64,000 bases of DNA. Source: Gammaproteobacteria bacterium. GTDB taxonomy: Bacteria; Pseudomonadota; Gammaproteobacteria; JACCXJ01. The stretch's first letter is position 1, and the number at the start of each line of letters is the position of its first letter. The translations under genes and the position numbers were made by a program. This document shows, in pieces, positions 27,612 through 39,070 of the stretch. The notes below the pieces were generated by a model. That model was not told the origin of the DNA and made no database searches. It was given only the letters and a program-made list of their open reading frames with translations. The stretch is taken from NCBI GenBank assembly GCA_050740435.1, contig JBOIDL010000001.1:5484-69483 (forward strand), written 5' to 3'.

Positions 27612-28913
27612 TTATTTTCTTTTTGCGACCGGCACATAGTCCCTGGTTTCGGAACCGATATAGATCTGGCGGGGACGTCCGATGCGGAAATCCGCATCCG
27701 TGATCATCTCCATCCACTGCGCCAGCCATCCGGCGGTCCGCGCTATGGCAAACAACACCGTGTACATACGGGTCGGTATTTCGAGCGCCTTGAGAATGAT
27801 CCCGGAATAAAAGTCCACGTTCGGGTAGAGTTTCCTCTCGATAAAATAGTCATCTTCCAGCGCGATGCGCTCCAGCTCCATGGCGATTTCGAGCATGGGC
27901 CGATGCGCGCCCGCGCCCATGGCGTCGAGGACGGCGTGACACGCCTTGCGGATAATCGCCGCGCGCGGGTCGTAATTTTTGTAGACGCGATGCCCGAATC
28001 CCATCAATCGATACGATCCATCCTTGTCCTTGGCGCGATCGACATACTTGCGTACGTTTTTAATATCCTGGATCTCTTCAAGCATATGCACGACCGCCTC
28101 GTTCGCGCCTCCATGTGCACGCCCCCACAAGGTCGCGATGCCCGCCGCGATACAGGTATAGGGGTTGCTCTCGGTGCTCCCCGCGAGCCGCACCGCGGAG
28201 GTGCTGGCGTTTTGCTCGTGATCGGCGTGCAGGATGAACAGCAGATCCAAGGCGTATACGGCGACCGGATTGGTGACAAAAGGTTGCGAAGGCTGCGCGA
28301 ACATCATCTGCATGAAGTTTTCTATGTACCCCAGGGCGTTGTTGGGATACACAAAAGGCTGGCCGACGCCATACTTGTAACACTTGGAAGCGATGTTCGG
28401 CATCTTCGCCAGAATACGGCGAGCGGTCGCATCGCGGTCACCCTGGTCGTAAATGTCAATCGAATCGTGGTAATACGAAGCCATCGCGCCGATCACGCCG
28501 ACCATGATGGACATCGGATGCGCGTCGTAGCGGTACCCGCCGTAGAATTTTATCAAGTGCTCGTGCACCATGCTGTGCTCTTTGACGGACGAATCGAATT
28601 CCGCCATTTGCCGGGCCGTCGGCAGTTCGCCATAAATCAGCAGGTACGCTACTTCCAGGTAGTGGCTGTGCTCGGCCAATTGCTCAATCGGGTAACCGCG
28701 GTACAACAAGATCCCCTTGTCGCCATCAAGGAAAGTAATGGCGCTACGGCAGCTTGCGGTCGTGACGAACCCGGGGTCCAAGGTAAACATCCCAAGCTCG
28801 CTGTAAAGGCGATTGGTATCGATGACGGCAGGCCCGTAAGTGCCGCGATAGACCGGACATTCGATCGTTTTACCGGTAGTATTGTCCCTAATCGTTACCG
28901 TGTCGGCTGTCAT
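27612..28913 (-). CDS. gltA: Citrate synthase (type II)
   Basis: Conserved citrate synthase motifs (…[14 protein letters not shown]…, …[19 protein letters not shown]…). Start set to the ATG at 28913 ([11 protein letters not shown]), which has an aggaga RBS; the longer ORF to 28985 is unlikely. Confidence 0.9.
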   Translation of the reverse strand: MTADTVTIRDNTTGKTIECPVYRGTYGPAVIDTNRLYSELGMFTLDPGFVTTASCRSAITFLDGDKGILLYRGYPIEQLAEHSHYLEVAYLLIYGELPTARQMAEFDSSVKEHSMVHEHLIKFYGGYRYDAHPMSIMVGVIGAMASYYHDSIDIYDQGDRDATARRILAKMPNIASKCYKYGVGQPFVYPNNALGYIENFMQMMFAQPSQPFVTNPVAVYALDLLFILHADHEQNASTSAVRLAGSTESNPYTCIAAGIATLWGRAHGGANEAVVHMLEEIQDIKNVRKYVDRAKDKDGSYRLMGFGHRVYKNYDPRAAIIRKACHAVLDAMGAGAHRPMLEIAMELERIALEDDYFIERKLYPNVDFYSGIILKALEIPTRMYTVLFAIARTAGWLAQWMEMITDADFRIGRPRQIYIGSETRDYVPVAKRK

Positions 28914-29244
28914 CGAACTCTCCTTGGGCCGCGGTCGTGTATTCGCGGTTGCGTTTCCAGGTTTCAACATAGCCTTATACCTCAATACACCCCCTGCGCG
29001 GTAAGCATAACGTTATTTTTCGCGCCGCAGCAAGTAGCGTCTCGGCGCCGCCGTGGCTGGACCGGATCATGGCAGCGGCTAAAACTCTTGGCCCATCCTT
29101 AGCTATTGGGTATTATTGCGGCGCACATTAAGGCTACCGTAATAACCGATCCCATGATCGCTTCGTTACCGTCATCATCGTGCGGCGCGGGCGCGCGGCG
29201 ATTCCCGTGTATGAGGAAACCGCCGCGTTTAATATTGATAAGTC

Positions 29245-32058
29245 ATGAAGCAGCGCAGAGCTACGGCCTTACATAGCGGAAACGCCGAGTTTATTGACTC
29301 GTTGTATGAGCAATTCATGCGCAGTCCGGAAACGATCGATGCGCATTGGCGATCGTTATTCGAAGATCTAACCCCCGGAGCGGAGCAAGCAGTGCCGGGA
29401 GGCGATGGGTCGGCCCTGGCGCTGGAGCGGACCGACGCCCTATCGGACGCCGGTCTCGACGCCCGGATCCAAAAACAAATCGCGGTCTTACAACTCATTA
29501 ACGCTTACCGGTTTCGAGGCCACCGGCAAGCCGATCTCGACCCCTTGCGCCAAATCGAGCGTCCGATCGTCGCGGAGCTCGATCCCGCCTTTCATGGGCT
29601 GAGCGAACGCGACTTCGGTGTCAGCTATAACACGGGATCGCTATTTGGCGCCGAGTACGCCGCCTTAGGCGAGATCCTGCGCCGGCTCCGGACAACGTAC
29701 TGCCGCACTATCGGCGCCGAATACATGCATATAAACGCCACCAATCAAAAACGCTGGCTGCAGCAACGCTTGGAACTGGACTGCGCCACGCCCGGTTGCG
29801 ACCTGCCAAAAAAGCGGAGGATCCTGGAACGGCTCGTGGCCGCCGTCACGCTAGAAGAATATTTGCACCGAAAATACGTGGGGCAGAAGCGCTTTTCCCT
29901 TGAGGGCGGCGAAAGCACGATCCCCTTACTCGACGAATTGGTACAGAGCAGCGGCGAGGGCGGGATCAAGGAAGTCGTCATCGGGATGGCGCATCGTGGG
30001 CGAATAAACGTGCTGGTCAACATCGTCGGCAAACATCCCGCGGAACTATTCGAGGAGTTCGAAGGCAAGGGCGGGAACGCCACCGGTTCGGGTGATGTTA
30101 AATACCATCTAGGCTACTCCTCCGATATCGCCACTCCGGGGGGGCCGGTTCATCTGACGCTGGCGTTTAATCCCTCACACCTGGAAATCATCAACCCGGT
30201 CGTTCAAGGATCGGTACGGGCACGCCAAGACCGGCGCCGCGATAGAAACCGGGACACGGTATTGCCCATCCTGATGCACGGGGATGCGGCGTTTGCAGGG
30301 CAAGGGGTGGTGATGGAGACGCTCAACCTATCGCAGACGCGCGGATATGCCACGGGCGGCACCATTCACATCATCATCAATAACCAAATCGGCTTCACCA
30401 CCAGTGATCCGCTGGATGCGCGCTCAACCTTGTATTGCACCGACGTGGCGAAGATGGTCCAAGCGCCGATCTTACATGTCAACGGCGATGATCCCGAGGC
30501 TGTCGTGATGATCGCGCGTCTGGCGCTCGATTACCGGATGGAATTCAACAAAGACATTGTCATCGATTTGGTCTGCTACCGCAGGCATGGCCATAGCGAA
30601 GCCGATGAGCCCCTGGCGACTCAGCCCATCATGTACCAAAAGATCCGGCAGCATCCTAGCGTCGTCAGCATCTATTCGGGAAAGCTGCAAAAGGAAGGTC
30701 TCATCCAAGAAAACGAAGCGGAGTCGATGGCCCGATCTTACATCGAGTCGCTTGAGGGCGATCAGATCGTTGCGGGGCCGGTCGTATACGACATCAGGAA
30801 CGAACTTAGGGTCAGTTTCACCGCGTACCACGGTACTCATTGGGATGCGCCTTGTGAAACCGCGCTCGCGCTGGAACGCGTTCAGGCGCTTAGCGAACGC
30901 TTCACGAGCATCCCCAAGGATATCGAGTTGCACCGCAGTGTAGAGCGCATCATCGAGCAACGCCGCCAGATGGGGCAGGGGCATTCGCCGATCGACTGGG
31001 GATACGCGGAAACCCTCGCCTACGCCAGTTTAGTCGATGAAGGTTATCCCATCCGGCTCGCGGGGCAGGACAGCGAGCGCGGGACGTTTTTTCACCGGCA
31101 TGCGGTCTTGCACGATCAAAACACCGGTGAAGGCTACGTTCCCCTGCATCATGTCAAAGAGGATCAGGCGCGATTCATGGTGATCAATTCGATCTTGTCC
31201 GAGGAGGCGGTTTTGGGCTTCGAATACGGGTACAGCAGTTCGGAACCCGATGCCCTGGTGATCTGGGAGGCGCAATTCGGCGATTTCGCCAATGGCGCTC
31301 AAGTCGTCATCGATCAATTCATCACCTCCTGCGAGTCCAAGTGGAGCCGTTACAGTGGCCTAGTCATGTTGTTGCCCCATGGATACGACGGACAAGGCCC
31401 CGAGCATTCCTCGGCACGCCTCGAACGGTACTTACAGCTCTGCGCGGAGGAAAATATACAGGTATGCGTTCCGAGCACGCCCGCGCAGATGTTTCATATG
31501 TTAAGAAGGCAGGCGCGCCGCCCCTACAAGAAACCCTTGGTCGTCATGAGTCCAAAAAGTCTACTCAGGCATAAGCTCTCGACTTCGACCCTGACGGATA
31601 TCACCGAAGGTGGCTTTCAGGTCGTTATCGACGAGATCGATCCCATCGATGGGCGGGCGGTAGATCGTGTTCTGATATGTGGCGGAAAGATTTATTTTGA
31701 TCTTTTGGAAGCCCGGCGCGCGAACAAAATCAAAGACATCGCCATCGTCCGACTAGAGCAATTGTATCCGTTCCCAACCCAAGAAATGGACGCCGTGCTG
31801 GCGCGCTGTCCGAACGCGCTCGAAATCATTTGGGTGCAGGAAGAGCCGCGCAACCAAGGGGCCTGGATCTACTTGCTGTCACGCCTGCATCTCTTCGGCC
31901 GCTTGCACGAACCGCAGCAACTGAGGCTGGTGGCGCGCCCGTACTCCGCCTCGCCGGCGGTGGGTTATACCTCGAAACATCTCGAGCAGCAACAGGCTTT
32001 GGTGAGCGAAGCTTTGAGGTTGAATCAGACCGCCGTCGCACACCAGAAGACTGCGTAA
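29245..32058 (+). CDS. sucA: 2-oxoglutarate dehydrogenase E1 component
   Basis: 937 aa; ThDP-binding and E1 transketolase-like domains (…GQDSERGTFFHRHAVL…), followed by sucB. Confidence 0.95.
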   Translation: MKQRRATALHSGNAEFIDSLYEQFMRSPETIDAHWRSLFEDLTPGAEQAVPGGDGSALALERTDALSDAGLDARIQKQIAVLQLINAYRFRGHRQADLDPLRQIERPIVAELDPAFHGLSERDFGVSYNTGSLFGAEYAALGEILRRLRTTYCRTIGAEYMHINATNQKRWLQQRLELDCATPGCDLPKKRRILERLVAAVTLEEYLHRKYVGQKRFSLEGGESTIPLLDELVQSSGEGGIKEVVIGMAHRGRINVLVNIVGKHPAELFEEFEGKGGNATGSGDVKYHLGYSSDIATPGGPVHLTLAFNPSHLEIINPVVQGSVRARQDRRRDRNRDTVLPILMHGDAAFAGQGVVMETLNLSQTRGYATGGTIHIIINNQIGFTTSDPLDARSTLYCTDVAKMVQAPILHVNGDDPEAVVMIARLALDYRMEFNKDIVIDLVCYRRHGHSEADEPLATQPIMYQKIRQHPSVVSIYSGKLQKEGLIQENEAESMARSYIESLEGDQIVAGPVVYDIRNELRVSFTAYHGTHWDAPCETALALERVQALSERFTSIPKDIELHRSVERIIEQRRQMGQGHSPIDWGYAETLAYASLVDEGYPIRLAGQDSERGTFFHRHAVLHDQNTGEGYVPLHHVKEDQARFMVINSILSEEAVLGFEYGYSSSEPDALVIWEAQFGDFANGAQVVIDQFITSCESKWSRYSGLVMLLPHGYDGQGPEHSSARLERYLQLCAEENIQVCVPSTPAQMFHMLRRQARRPYKKPLVVMSPKSLLRHKLSTSTLTDITEGGFQVVIDEIDPIDGRAVDRVLICGGKIYFDLLEARRANKIKDIAIVRLEQLYPFPTQEMDAVLARCPNALEIIWVQEEPRNQGAWIYLLSRLHLFGRLHEPQQLRLVARPYSASPAVGYTSKHLEQQQALVSEALRLNQTAVAHQKTA

Positions 32059-32072
32059 AGCATTAGCCCCTT

Positions 32073-33293
32073 ATGCTCCTAGAGGTCAAGGTTCCGATAC
32101 TTGCCGAATCGATCGCCGATGCGCGCGTGCTCGAGTGGCACAAGCAACCGGGCGATCGGATCGGCCGCGGCGAGCACCTGACCGATCTTGAGACGGACAA
32201 GGTGACATTGGAGATCACCGCCCCGGAAGCGGGAATGCTCAAGGAGGTCCACAAAAAAGCAGGTGAGACGGCATTGAGTCAAGAAGTCTTGGCGGTCATC
32301 GATACCGCTCACCAAGCTGAGCAGCCCGCGGATAAGGAGTCGAGCACGCCCAAACCGGCTACCGTGCCTAGGCGCCTAAGCGCGGAGGCGCCTTCCGAGG
32401 ACGTGACTCCGCTCAGCCCGGCCGTCCGCAGGCTGGTCACGGAGCACGCTCTCGATCCTAAGATCATTCCGGCGCGCGGGAAAAGCGGCCGAATCACCAA
32501 GCAAGACGTGCTCACTTATATTGAAGCCAAAGATACCGGTCTGGTTCCACCGCTGGCCCAGCAGAAGGATCTCGCGGACTCCGACACGGGTCAGCGTCCC
32601 GCGAAGCGCCTCGCCATGAGCCGCTTGCGCTTGCGCGTTGCCGAGCGCCTCTTGGCGGCGCAACGCGAGAACGCGATCCTGACCACGTTCAATGAAATCA
32701 ACATGCAGCCGGTCATGGCGCTTCGGGAGCGTTATCGCTCGGTGTTCGAGGCGCGCCATGGCGCGCGCTTGGGGTACATGGGCTTTTTCTGCAAGGCCGC
32801 GGTGTCGGCGTTGAAAAAGTTTCCGATTGTCAATGCTTCCATCGACGGTTCCGATGTCGTGTACCATGACTACTATGACCTCGGAATCGCGGTCAGCTCG
32901 GAGCGTGGGCTCGTGGTCCCCGTGCTTCGCGACGTTGACCGGATGGGCTTCGGCCAAATAGAAATCTCGGTCAAGGAATTCGCTGAAAAAGCGCGGGATG
33001 CGAAGCTCGGCATCGAAGAGCTTAGCGGCGGCACCTTCACCATCACCAACGGCGGCGTGTTCGGTTCGCTCTTATCGACGCCCATTATCAACCCGCCCCA
33101 GAGCGCGATCCTCGGCATGCACCGGATCCAAGACCGGCCCGTGGCGGAAGAGGGGCAAGTGGTGATCCGTCCGATGATGTACGTCGCATTGTCCTACGAT
33201 CACCGCCTCATCGACGGACGCGAAGCCGTGCAGTTTCTGGTCACGATCAAACAACACATCGAAGATCCGGCGCGGATCCTGATCGAGGTCTAG
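32073..33293 (+). CDS. sucB: Dihydrolipoyllysine-residue succinyltransferase (E2 of 2-oxoglutarate dehydrogenase)
   Basis: 406 aa; N-terminal lipoyl domain (…[13 protein letters not shown]…), Ala/Pro linker, C-terminal catalytic domain with DHRLIDG. Confidence 0.9.
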   Translation: MLLEVKVPILAESIADARVLEWHKQPGDRIGRGEHLTDLETDKVTLEITAPEAGMLKEVHKKAGETALSQEVLAVIDTAHQAEQPADKESSTPKPATVPRRLSAEAPSEDVTPLSPAVRRLVTEHALDPKIIPARGKSGRITKQDVLTYIEAKDTGLVPPLAQQKDLADSDTGQRPAKRLAMSRLRLRVAERLLAAQRENAILTTFNEINMQPVMALRERYRSVFEARHGARLGYMGFFCKAAVSALKKFPIVNASIDGSDVVYHDYYDLGIAVSSERGLVVPVLRDVDRMGFGQIEISVKEFAEKARDAKLGIEELSGGTFTITNGGVFGSLLSTPIINPPQSAILGMHRIQDRPVAEEGQVVIRPMMYVALSYDHRLIDGREAVQFLVTIKQHIEDPARILIEV

Positions 33294-33296
33294 GGC

Positions 33297-34715
33297 GTGG
33301 ACCGCTACGACGTCGTGGTGGTGGGCGGCGGGCCAGGCGGTTATGTCGCGGCTATCCGCGCCGCCCAACTCGGTTTTACAACCGCTTGCATCGACGCATG
33401 GGTCGATGCCGCCGGTAAACCCGCCTTGGGCGGGGTGTGCCTGAATGTCGGTTGTATTCCTTCCAAGGCGCTGCTGGATTCCTCCCACCTCTACGAGACG
33501 ATCGGCCGCCATGCCAAGGATCACGGGATCGCGGTCAGCGGGCTCAGCCTCGACCTCCCGTCGATGATGCTCCGCAAGGATAAAGTCGTACGCACCCTGA
33601 CCCAGGGCATCGCCGGATTATTTAAGAAGAACAATATAACGTGGCTCGCGGGAGGAGCGCGCCTGTTGGGCGACATGCGCGTCTCGGTGACCGAACGCAC
33701 GCGCACCGATGCGTCCGTGATCACGGCCTCGCATATCATCATCGCCACCGGTTCGGTACCTGCCGCGCTGCCCGGCATCGAGATCGATAACGAGTTGATT
33801 TGCGATTCGACGGCGGCGCTAGCATTTTCGGAAGTCCCGAGGCGCTTGGGCATCATCGGCGCCGGCGCGATCGGGCTTGAGCTTGGAAGCGTGTGGCGGC
33901 GTCTTGGCTCGGAGGTCGTTATTTTGGAGGCATTGAGCGAGTTTCTGCCGGGCACGGATTTCGAGATCGCGCAAGCCACGGCGAAAGAACTGGCGCGGCA
34001 AGATCTGGCGATCCGCTTAGGCTGCACCGTGACCGGCGTGAGCGTGAACGGGACGGAGCTCCGCGTTGAGTACCAAAAGGATCAAGGGCAACACGATCTG
34101 GCCGTGGACAGACTGATCGTCGCGGTCGGACGGCGCCCGAATACCGAGGGGCTCGGTCTCGCGGAATGCGGAATTAATCTCGATGGGCGCGGCTTCGTCG
34201 AGGTTGACGATCGGTGCCGCACAAACCTGAGAGACGTGTTCGCCATCGGCGATGTCATTGGCGGGCCGATGCTGGCCCATAAGGCCTCCGAGGAGGGTAT
34301 GGCGGTGGCGGAAACCATCGCCGGTCACGCCACCGAGGTGAATTACGCTTGTGTCCCATCGATCATTTATACCTGGCCGGAGGTGGCTTGGGTGGGTCAA
34401 ACAGAACAGTCGTTGAAGTCGAATGGCACGCTGTTTCGGCGCGGGGTGTTTCCGTTCCTAGCGAGCGGACGGGCGCGCGCCATGGGCGAGACCGCGGGAC
34501 TCGTCAAAATCCTGGGCGATGCCGAAAGCGATGCCTTGCTTGGGGTGCATATCTTCGGCCCGAACGCCTCGGAATTAATCAGCGAAGCGGTGATCGCGAT
34601 GGAATTCGGCGCCAGCACCGAAGATCTAGCGCGCGCTATCCACGCCCATCCGACGCTCGCGGAAGCCATGCACGAAGCCGCGCTCGCCGTGGATAACCGC
34701 ACGATAAATCTATAA
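33297..34715 (+). CDS. lpdA: Dihydrolipoyl dehydrogenase (E3)
   Basis: 472 aa; FAD motif VVVGGGPGGYVAAI, redox-active disulfide GGVCLNVGCIPSK, C-terminal HAHPT(L/M)AEA interface motif. Confidence 0.9.
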   Translation: MDRYDVVVVGGGPGGYVAAIRAAQLGFTTACIDAWVDAAGKPALGGVCLNVGCIPSKALLDSSHLYETIGRHAKDHGIAVSGLSLDLPSMMLRKDKVVRTLTQGIAGLFKKNNITWLAGGARLLGDMRVSVTERTRTDASVITASHIIIATGSVPAALPGIEIDNELICDSTAALAFSEVPRRLGIIGAGAIGLELGSVWRRLGSEVVILEALSEFLPGTDFEIAQATAKELARQDLAIRLGCTVTGVSVNGTELRVEYQKDQGQHDLAVDRLIVAVGRRPNTEGLGLAECGINLDGRGFVEVDDRCRTNLRDVFAIGDVIGGPMLAHKASEEGMAVAETIAGHATEVNYACVPSIIYTWPEVAWVGQTEQSLKSNGTLFRRGVFPFLASGRARAMGETAGLVKILGDAESDALLGVHIFGPNASELISEAVIAMEFGASTEDLARAIHAHPTLAEAMHEAALAVDNRTINL

Positions 34716-34893
34716 ACCCCCGGGCCGCGGGTTGAACCTGGCGGCCCGCCCTCCGTGCATTGACACACTGCACAAAACCTGTAGACTCGGACGCTATGAA
34801 AGGATGAGCCGGGGGTAGGGAAGCGCGGTTCATGTTCGTGGATCCATCCCGGCGGGACATCCCGCGGTTGTAGCCTTCTTAGCGGGGTCCATC

Positions 34894-37800
34894 ATGGTAA
34901 AACGGCGCACAAAGAAACCACCGGCCGATCGACCGAGGCCCGGTGGGGATGAGGCACGCCCTGTGGCGGACGCATCTACCGATGCGGATGGGGCCGGGGA
35001 AGACTACCCAAGGGACTTCCCGGTGGTCGCGATCGGTGCCTCGGCCGGGGGGCTCGAGGCCTTGAAGAGGTTCTTCAGCGCCATGCCGGCCCAGAGCGGC
35101 CTCGGTTTCGTGGTGATCCCGCATCTCGATCCCACCCATGTGAGCCACCTGCCGGAGTTGCTGCGCCGGCATACCCCCATGCCGGTCGAACAGGCGCACG
35201 ATGGGGCGCCGGTCCAGGCCGAGCACGTCCACATCATCCCGCCGAACGCGTTGCTGACGATCAAGGGGGGCGTCCTGCATCTCGCGGCGGCGGTGGCTCG
35301 TCCCGGCATACCGCGGCCCATCGACGGCTTCTTGCGGAGCCTGGCGGAGTACCAACAGGAGCGGGCCATCTGCATCATCGTCTCGGGCACCGGCAGCGAC
35401 GGCACGCTCGGTCTCAAGGCGATCAAGGCGGAGGGCGGCCTGGTGATGGTCCAGAGCCCGGTCACCGCGGAGCACGACGGGATGCCCCGCAGCGCCATCG
35501 CCACCGGGCTCGTGGATTACGTGCTCCCTGTGGAACAGATGCCCGCGGCGCTGCTCGAGTATGTCGAGCATGCCCATCTGCGTGGCGGTCCGATCCCGGT
35601 CCCCGCCGGCACGCGGCACGACCCTCTGCACCCCATATTAGCCCTGTTGTGCACTCGGGAAGGGCATGACTTTCGCTGTTACAAGAAGGCCATGCTGTTG
35701 CGCCGTATCCAGCGGCGCATGGGCCTCAATCATATCGCCGCGATCAGCGACTACGGCCAGTACCTCGGGGACACCCCGGCCGAGCTCAAGGCCCTGGCCA
35801 AGGACCTCCTGATCGGCGTGACCGAGTTCTTCCGCGAGCCCGAGGCCTGGGCGGTCCTCGAAGCGGAGGTGATCCCAGCGCTCGTGGCGGCCAAGCACCC
35901 CGAGGCGCCCCTGCGCGCGTGGGTCACCGGTTGCGCCACCGGCGAGGAGGCGTACTCCATCGGCATGTGCTTCCTCGAACGTGTGGCGGAGAGCGAGCGC
36001 AACGGCAAGCTCCAGATCTTCGCGACCGACATCGATAGCCACGCGCTCGAGATCGCCCGCCTGGGGACCTACCCGGAGGGCATGGCCTCGTCGCTCGCTC
36101 CGGAGCGTCTTACTCGGTTCTTCACCAAGTCCGACCACAGCTATCGGGTCAAAAAAGAGCTGCGCGAAGCGGTGGTGTTTGCACCGCAGAACCTGATCAC
36201 CGATGCCCCCTTTTCGCGCCTGGACCTCATCATCTGCCGCAATCTGCTCATCTATCTCGAGCCCGAGTTGCAGCAGAAGGTCATCGCGCTGTTTCATTTC
36301 GCCCTCAACCGCAACGGCTATCTATTCCTGGGCAAGTCCGAGACCGTCGGCCAGCAACTGAGCCTGTTCGAGCCGCTCTCGAAGAAGTGGCGCATCTACC
36401 GGCGCAGCGGGCCGGTCCGGCACGTGCCGGCGGACTTTCCGCTCATTCCGGAGGCCCTGCCCGGCGAGCGCCCGGGCGGGCCGCGGCCACACAAGCCCAG
36501 GCCCGGCGACCATGGCGAGGTGATCCGGGCGCTCCTGCTGGCGCGCTATGCCCCGGCCGCCGTGCTGGTCAACCGTGACTGCCAGACCCTCTATTTCCAT
36601 GGCCAGACCGACGACTATTTGGTGCACCCGGCCGGGGAACCGACCGGCGACCTCTTGGCCATGGCCCGCGAAGGTCTGCGCCTCAAGCTGCGCGCCGCCC
36701 TGCATAGGGCCATGCGGGAGGAGCAGCCGGCGATGGTGGTGACCCAGGTGAAACGGGGCGGGACCTCCCTTCCGGTACAGGTGACGGTGACGCCCGTGGA
36801 GGACCAGAGGCAGGGCGTGGGGCTGTGGCTCGTGACCTTTTCGGCGCCACCGGCGGCCGAGGCCGAGCCGGCGCCCCGCGCCATCGAGGAGTCGGCGGCG
36901 GTGGGCCACCTGGAAGACGAGCTCGCCAGCGTCAAGAAAGAGCTGGAAAGCGTGGTCGCGGACCTGGAGAGCGCCAACGAAGAGCTGAAGGTCTCGAACG
37001 AAGAGGCCATGTCGATGAACGAGGAGCTGCAATCCACCAATGAGGAATTGGAGACCTCGAAGGAGGAGCTGCAGTCCCTCAATGAAGAGCTCACCACGGT
37101 CAACGCCCAACTCGAGGAGAAGGTCGCCGATCTGGAACGCACCAACAACGACCTAGACAACCTGCTCGCCAGCACCCACATCGCGACCCTGTTTTTCGAC
37201 CGCGAGTTCCGCATCAAGCGCTACACGCCCGCCTCCACCCGCTTGTTCAACCTGATCCCCTCGGACCTCAACCGGCCGGTGGCCGATATCGCCAATAAGT
37301 TTTCCGAGGGTCACCTATTATTCGACGCCCAGCAGGTCCTCGATACCCTCACCCCGATCGAGCGCGAGGTGCGCACGCTGGGGGGCGAGTGGTACATCCA
37401 GCGGGTGCTGCCTTATCGGACCCACGAGGACCGCATCGAGGGCGTGGTGGTGATCTACACCGAGATCACCGAGCTCAAGCGCGGCGAGGAGGCGCTACGA
37501 GAGAGCGAGGAGCGGTTCCGCACGCTGGCCGAGACGGTGCCGGACATCATCTTCACCCACCGGCCCGACGGCTTCAGTGATTACACCAATCCGAGGTTCT
37601 ACGATCTCACGGGACTTCCGCCCGGTGCGGCGGACGGCTTCGGCTGGACGCAGGCCCTGCACCCCGAGGACTGGGCGCGGGATCAATCCCGCTGGCGGCA
37701 AGCGCTTGCGGCGGAGCAGTCCTACGAGATCAAATACCGCCTGCAGAGCGCGGCCGGCGGCTACCGCTGGCACCTGACCCGTGTCCGCCCGATAGCCGAC

Positions 37801-39021
37801 GCGAGCGGCCGAGTGATCAAGTGGTTTGGCGTGTCTTCCGACATCGACGATCTGGTGCACGCGCAGGAGGCCCTGGCGCAGGCCCAGAAGATGGAGGCGG
37901 TAGGCCAACTGACCGGCGGTATTGCGCATGATTTCAATAACCTCCTCACCGTCATCGCGGGTAATCTTCAGTTGCTCGAGGCGCGGCTCCAGGACGACGC
38001 GGCCGGGCAAAAGCTGCGGGACGCGGCGGCGCGGGCGGCCGAGCGCGGGGCGGAGCGGGTGCACCGGCTCCTGGCCTTTGCCCGCCGGCAGGTCTTGCAA
38101 CCGCAAGCGGTCGATTTGAATGAAATCGTCGCCGGGATGATGCCGGTCCTGCGCCAGACCCTGGGGGAGCCCATCGAGATCGCGCTAGCGCCGGGCCTGG
38201 ATCTATGGGCGGCGCTCGCCGATCCCGGGCAGGTCGAGGCGGCGCTCCTCAATCTCGCCTTGAACGCGCGCGACGCCATGCCCGACGGCGGCCGGCTCGT
38301 CCTCGAGACCGCCAACGGCACCCTCGGCCAGGACGCCACGGCGCCGGAGACCGAGCTCGCGCCGGGTGACTACGTGCTGCTCTGCGTGAGCGATACCGGC
38401 GAGGGGATGTCGGAGGAGACCAAGAGACAGGCCTTCGAGCCGTTCTTCACGACCAAGACGACGGGAAGGGGGAGCGGGCTGGGACTCTCCATGGTCTACG
38501 GCTTTGCCAAGCAATCAGGCGGGCAGGTGAAGGTCCAGAGCGAGCGCGGAAAGGGCACCACCGTCCAGCTCTACCTGCCGCGGGCCAAGGACGCCCCGGC
38601 CGCTGCCGTCGCCCAGGACCCCCTGCCCCTGGAAGACTTGCGGGGCCGGGAGGCCATCCTGGTGGTCGAGGATGATGCGGACGTGCGGGCGCTCGCCGTC
38701 ACCTACCTGTCCGAGCTCGGCTACCGCGTGCTGGAGGCCGCCGAGGCCCAGGCGGCCCTCGCCCTCTTCGAGGACGGTGAGGCCATCGATCTGCTGTTTG
38801 TCGATCTGGTGCTGCCGGGGACCCTGGATGGGCATGCGCTCGCGCTGGAAGCCAACAGGCGCCGGCCGGCTCTCCAGGTGCTTTACACCTCGGGCTATCC
38901 CAGGACTACCATCCAGCGTGCAGACAAGCTCGACAAGGGCGCGCGGCTGCTGATGAAACCCTACCGGCGCGAAGACCTGGCGCGGGCGGTGCGCGGGATC
39001 TTGGATGCCCCACCGGACTGA
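34894..39021 (+). CDS. Multidomain signalling protein: CheB methylesterase + CheR methyltransferase + PAS + coiled-coil + PAS + HisKA/HATPase_c histidine kinase + C-terminal receiver
   Basis: 1375 aa. Domains in order: CheB_methylest (VVAIGASAGGLEAL…), CheR (…RAWVTGCATGEEAYSIGM…IFATDID…), heptad coiled-coil (LESANEELKVSNEEAMSMNEELQSTNEELETSKEEL…), PAS, H-box AHDFNNLLTVIAGN, G-boxes (…DTGEGM…GRGSGLGLSMV…), REC (ILVVEDDADVRAL…DLLFVDLVLPG). Confidence 0.85.
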   Translation: MVKRRTKKPPADRPRPGGDEARPVADASTDADGAGEDYPRDFPVVAIGASAGGLEALKRFFSAMPAQSGLGFVVIPHLDPTHVSHLPELLRRHTPMPVEQAHDGAPVQAEHVHIIPPNALLTIKGGVLHLAAAVARPGIPRPIDGFLRSLAEYQQERAICIIVSGTGSDGTLGLKAIKAEGGLVMVQSPVTAEHDGMPRSAIATGLVDYVLPVEQMPAALLEYVEHAHLRGGPIPVPAGTRHDPLHPILALLCTREGHDFRCYKKAMLLRRIQRRMGLNHIAAISDYGQYLGDTPAELKALAKDLLIGVTEFFREPEAWAVLEAEVIPALVAAKHPEAPLRAWVTGCATGEEAYSIGMCFLERVAESERNGKLQIFATDIDSHALEIARLGTYPEGMASSLAPERLTRFFTKSDHSYRVKKELREAVVFAPQNLITDAPFSRLDLIICRNLLIYLEPELQQKVIALFHFALNRNGYLFLGKSETVGQQLSLFEPLSKKWRIYRRSGPVRHVPADFPLIPEALPGERPGGPRPHKPRPGDHGEVIRALLLARYAPAAVLVNRDCQTLYFHGQTDDYLVHPAGEPTGDLLAMAREGLRLKLRAALHRAMREEQPAMVVTQVKRGGTSLPVQVTVTPVEDQRQGVGLWLVTFSAPPAAEAEPAPRAIEESAAVGHLEDELASVKKELESVVADLESANEELKVSNEEAMSMNEELQSTNEELETSKEELQSLNEELTTVNAQLEEKVADLERTNNDLDNLLASTHIATLFFDREFRIKRYTPASTRLFNLIPSDLNRPVADIANKFSEGHLLFDAQQVLDTLTPIEREVRTLGGEWYIQRVLPYRTHEDRIEGVVVIYTEITELKRGEEALRESEERFRTLAETVPDIIFTHRPDGFSDYTNPRFYDLTGLPPGAADGFGWTQALHPEDWARDQSRWRQALAAEQSYEIKYRLQSAAGGYRWHLTRVRPIADASGRVIKWFGVSSDIDDLVHAQEALAQAQKMEAVGQLTGGIAHDFNNLLTVIAGNLQLLEARLQDDAAGQKLRDAAARAAERGAERVHRLLAFARRQVLQPQAVDLNEIVAGMMPVLRQTLGEPIEIALAPGLDLWAALADPGQVEAALLNLALNARDAMPDGGRLVLETANGTLGQDATAPETELAPGDYVLLCVSDTGEGMSEETKRQAFEPFFTTKTTGRGSGLGLSMVYGFAKQSGGQVKVQSERGKGTTVQLYLPRAKDAPAAAVAQDPLPLEDLRGREAILVVEDDADVRALAVTYLSELGYRVLEAAEAQAALALFEDGEAIDLLFVDLVLPGTLDGHALALEANRRRPALQVLYTSGYPRTTIQRADKLDKGARLLMKPYRREDLARAVRGILDAPPD

Positions 39022-39070
39022 TGCCGGCTCGGCCCTACGGGTGCGCGGTAATCTACTGCGTGATCGCCCG

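Noticed and set aside
27450-29102. 550-aa plus-strand ORF antisense to gltA
   Set aside because: Fully antisense to a clear citrate synthase gene in GC-rich DNA; typical shadow ORF.
34879-38514. Long minus-strand ORFs (34879..35631, 35638..36297, 36322..37110, 36615..37217, 37495..38106, 37968..38339) inside the CheB-CheR-HK gene
   Set aside because: All lie antisense within a well-supported multidomain coding region. They have Arg/Gly/Pro-rich low-complexity translations characteristic of high-GC antisense frames.
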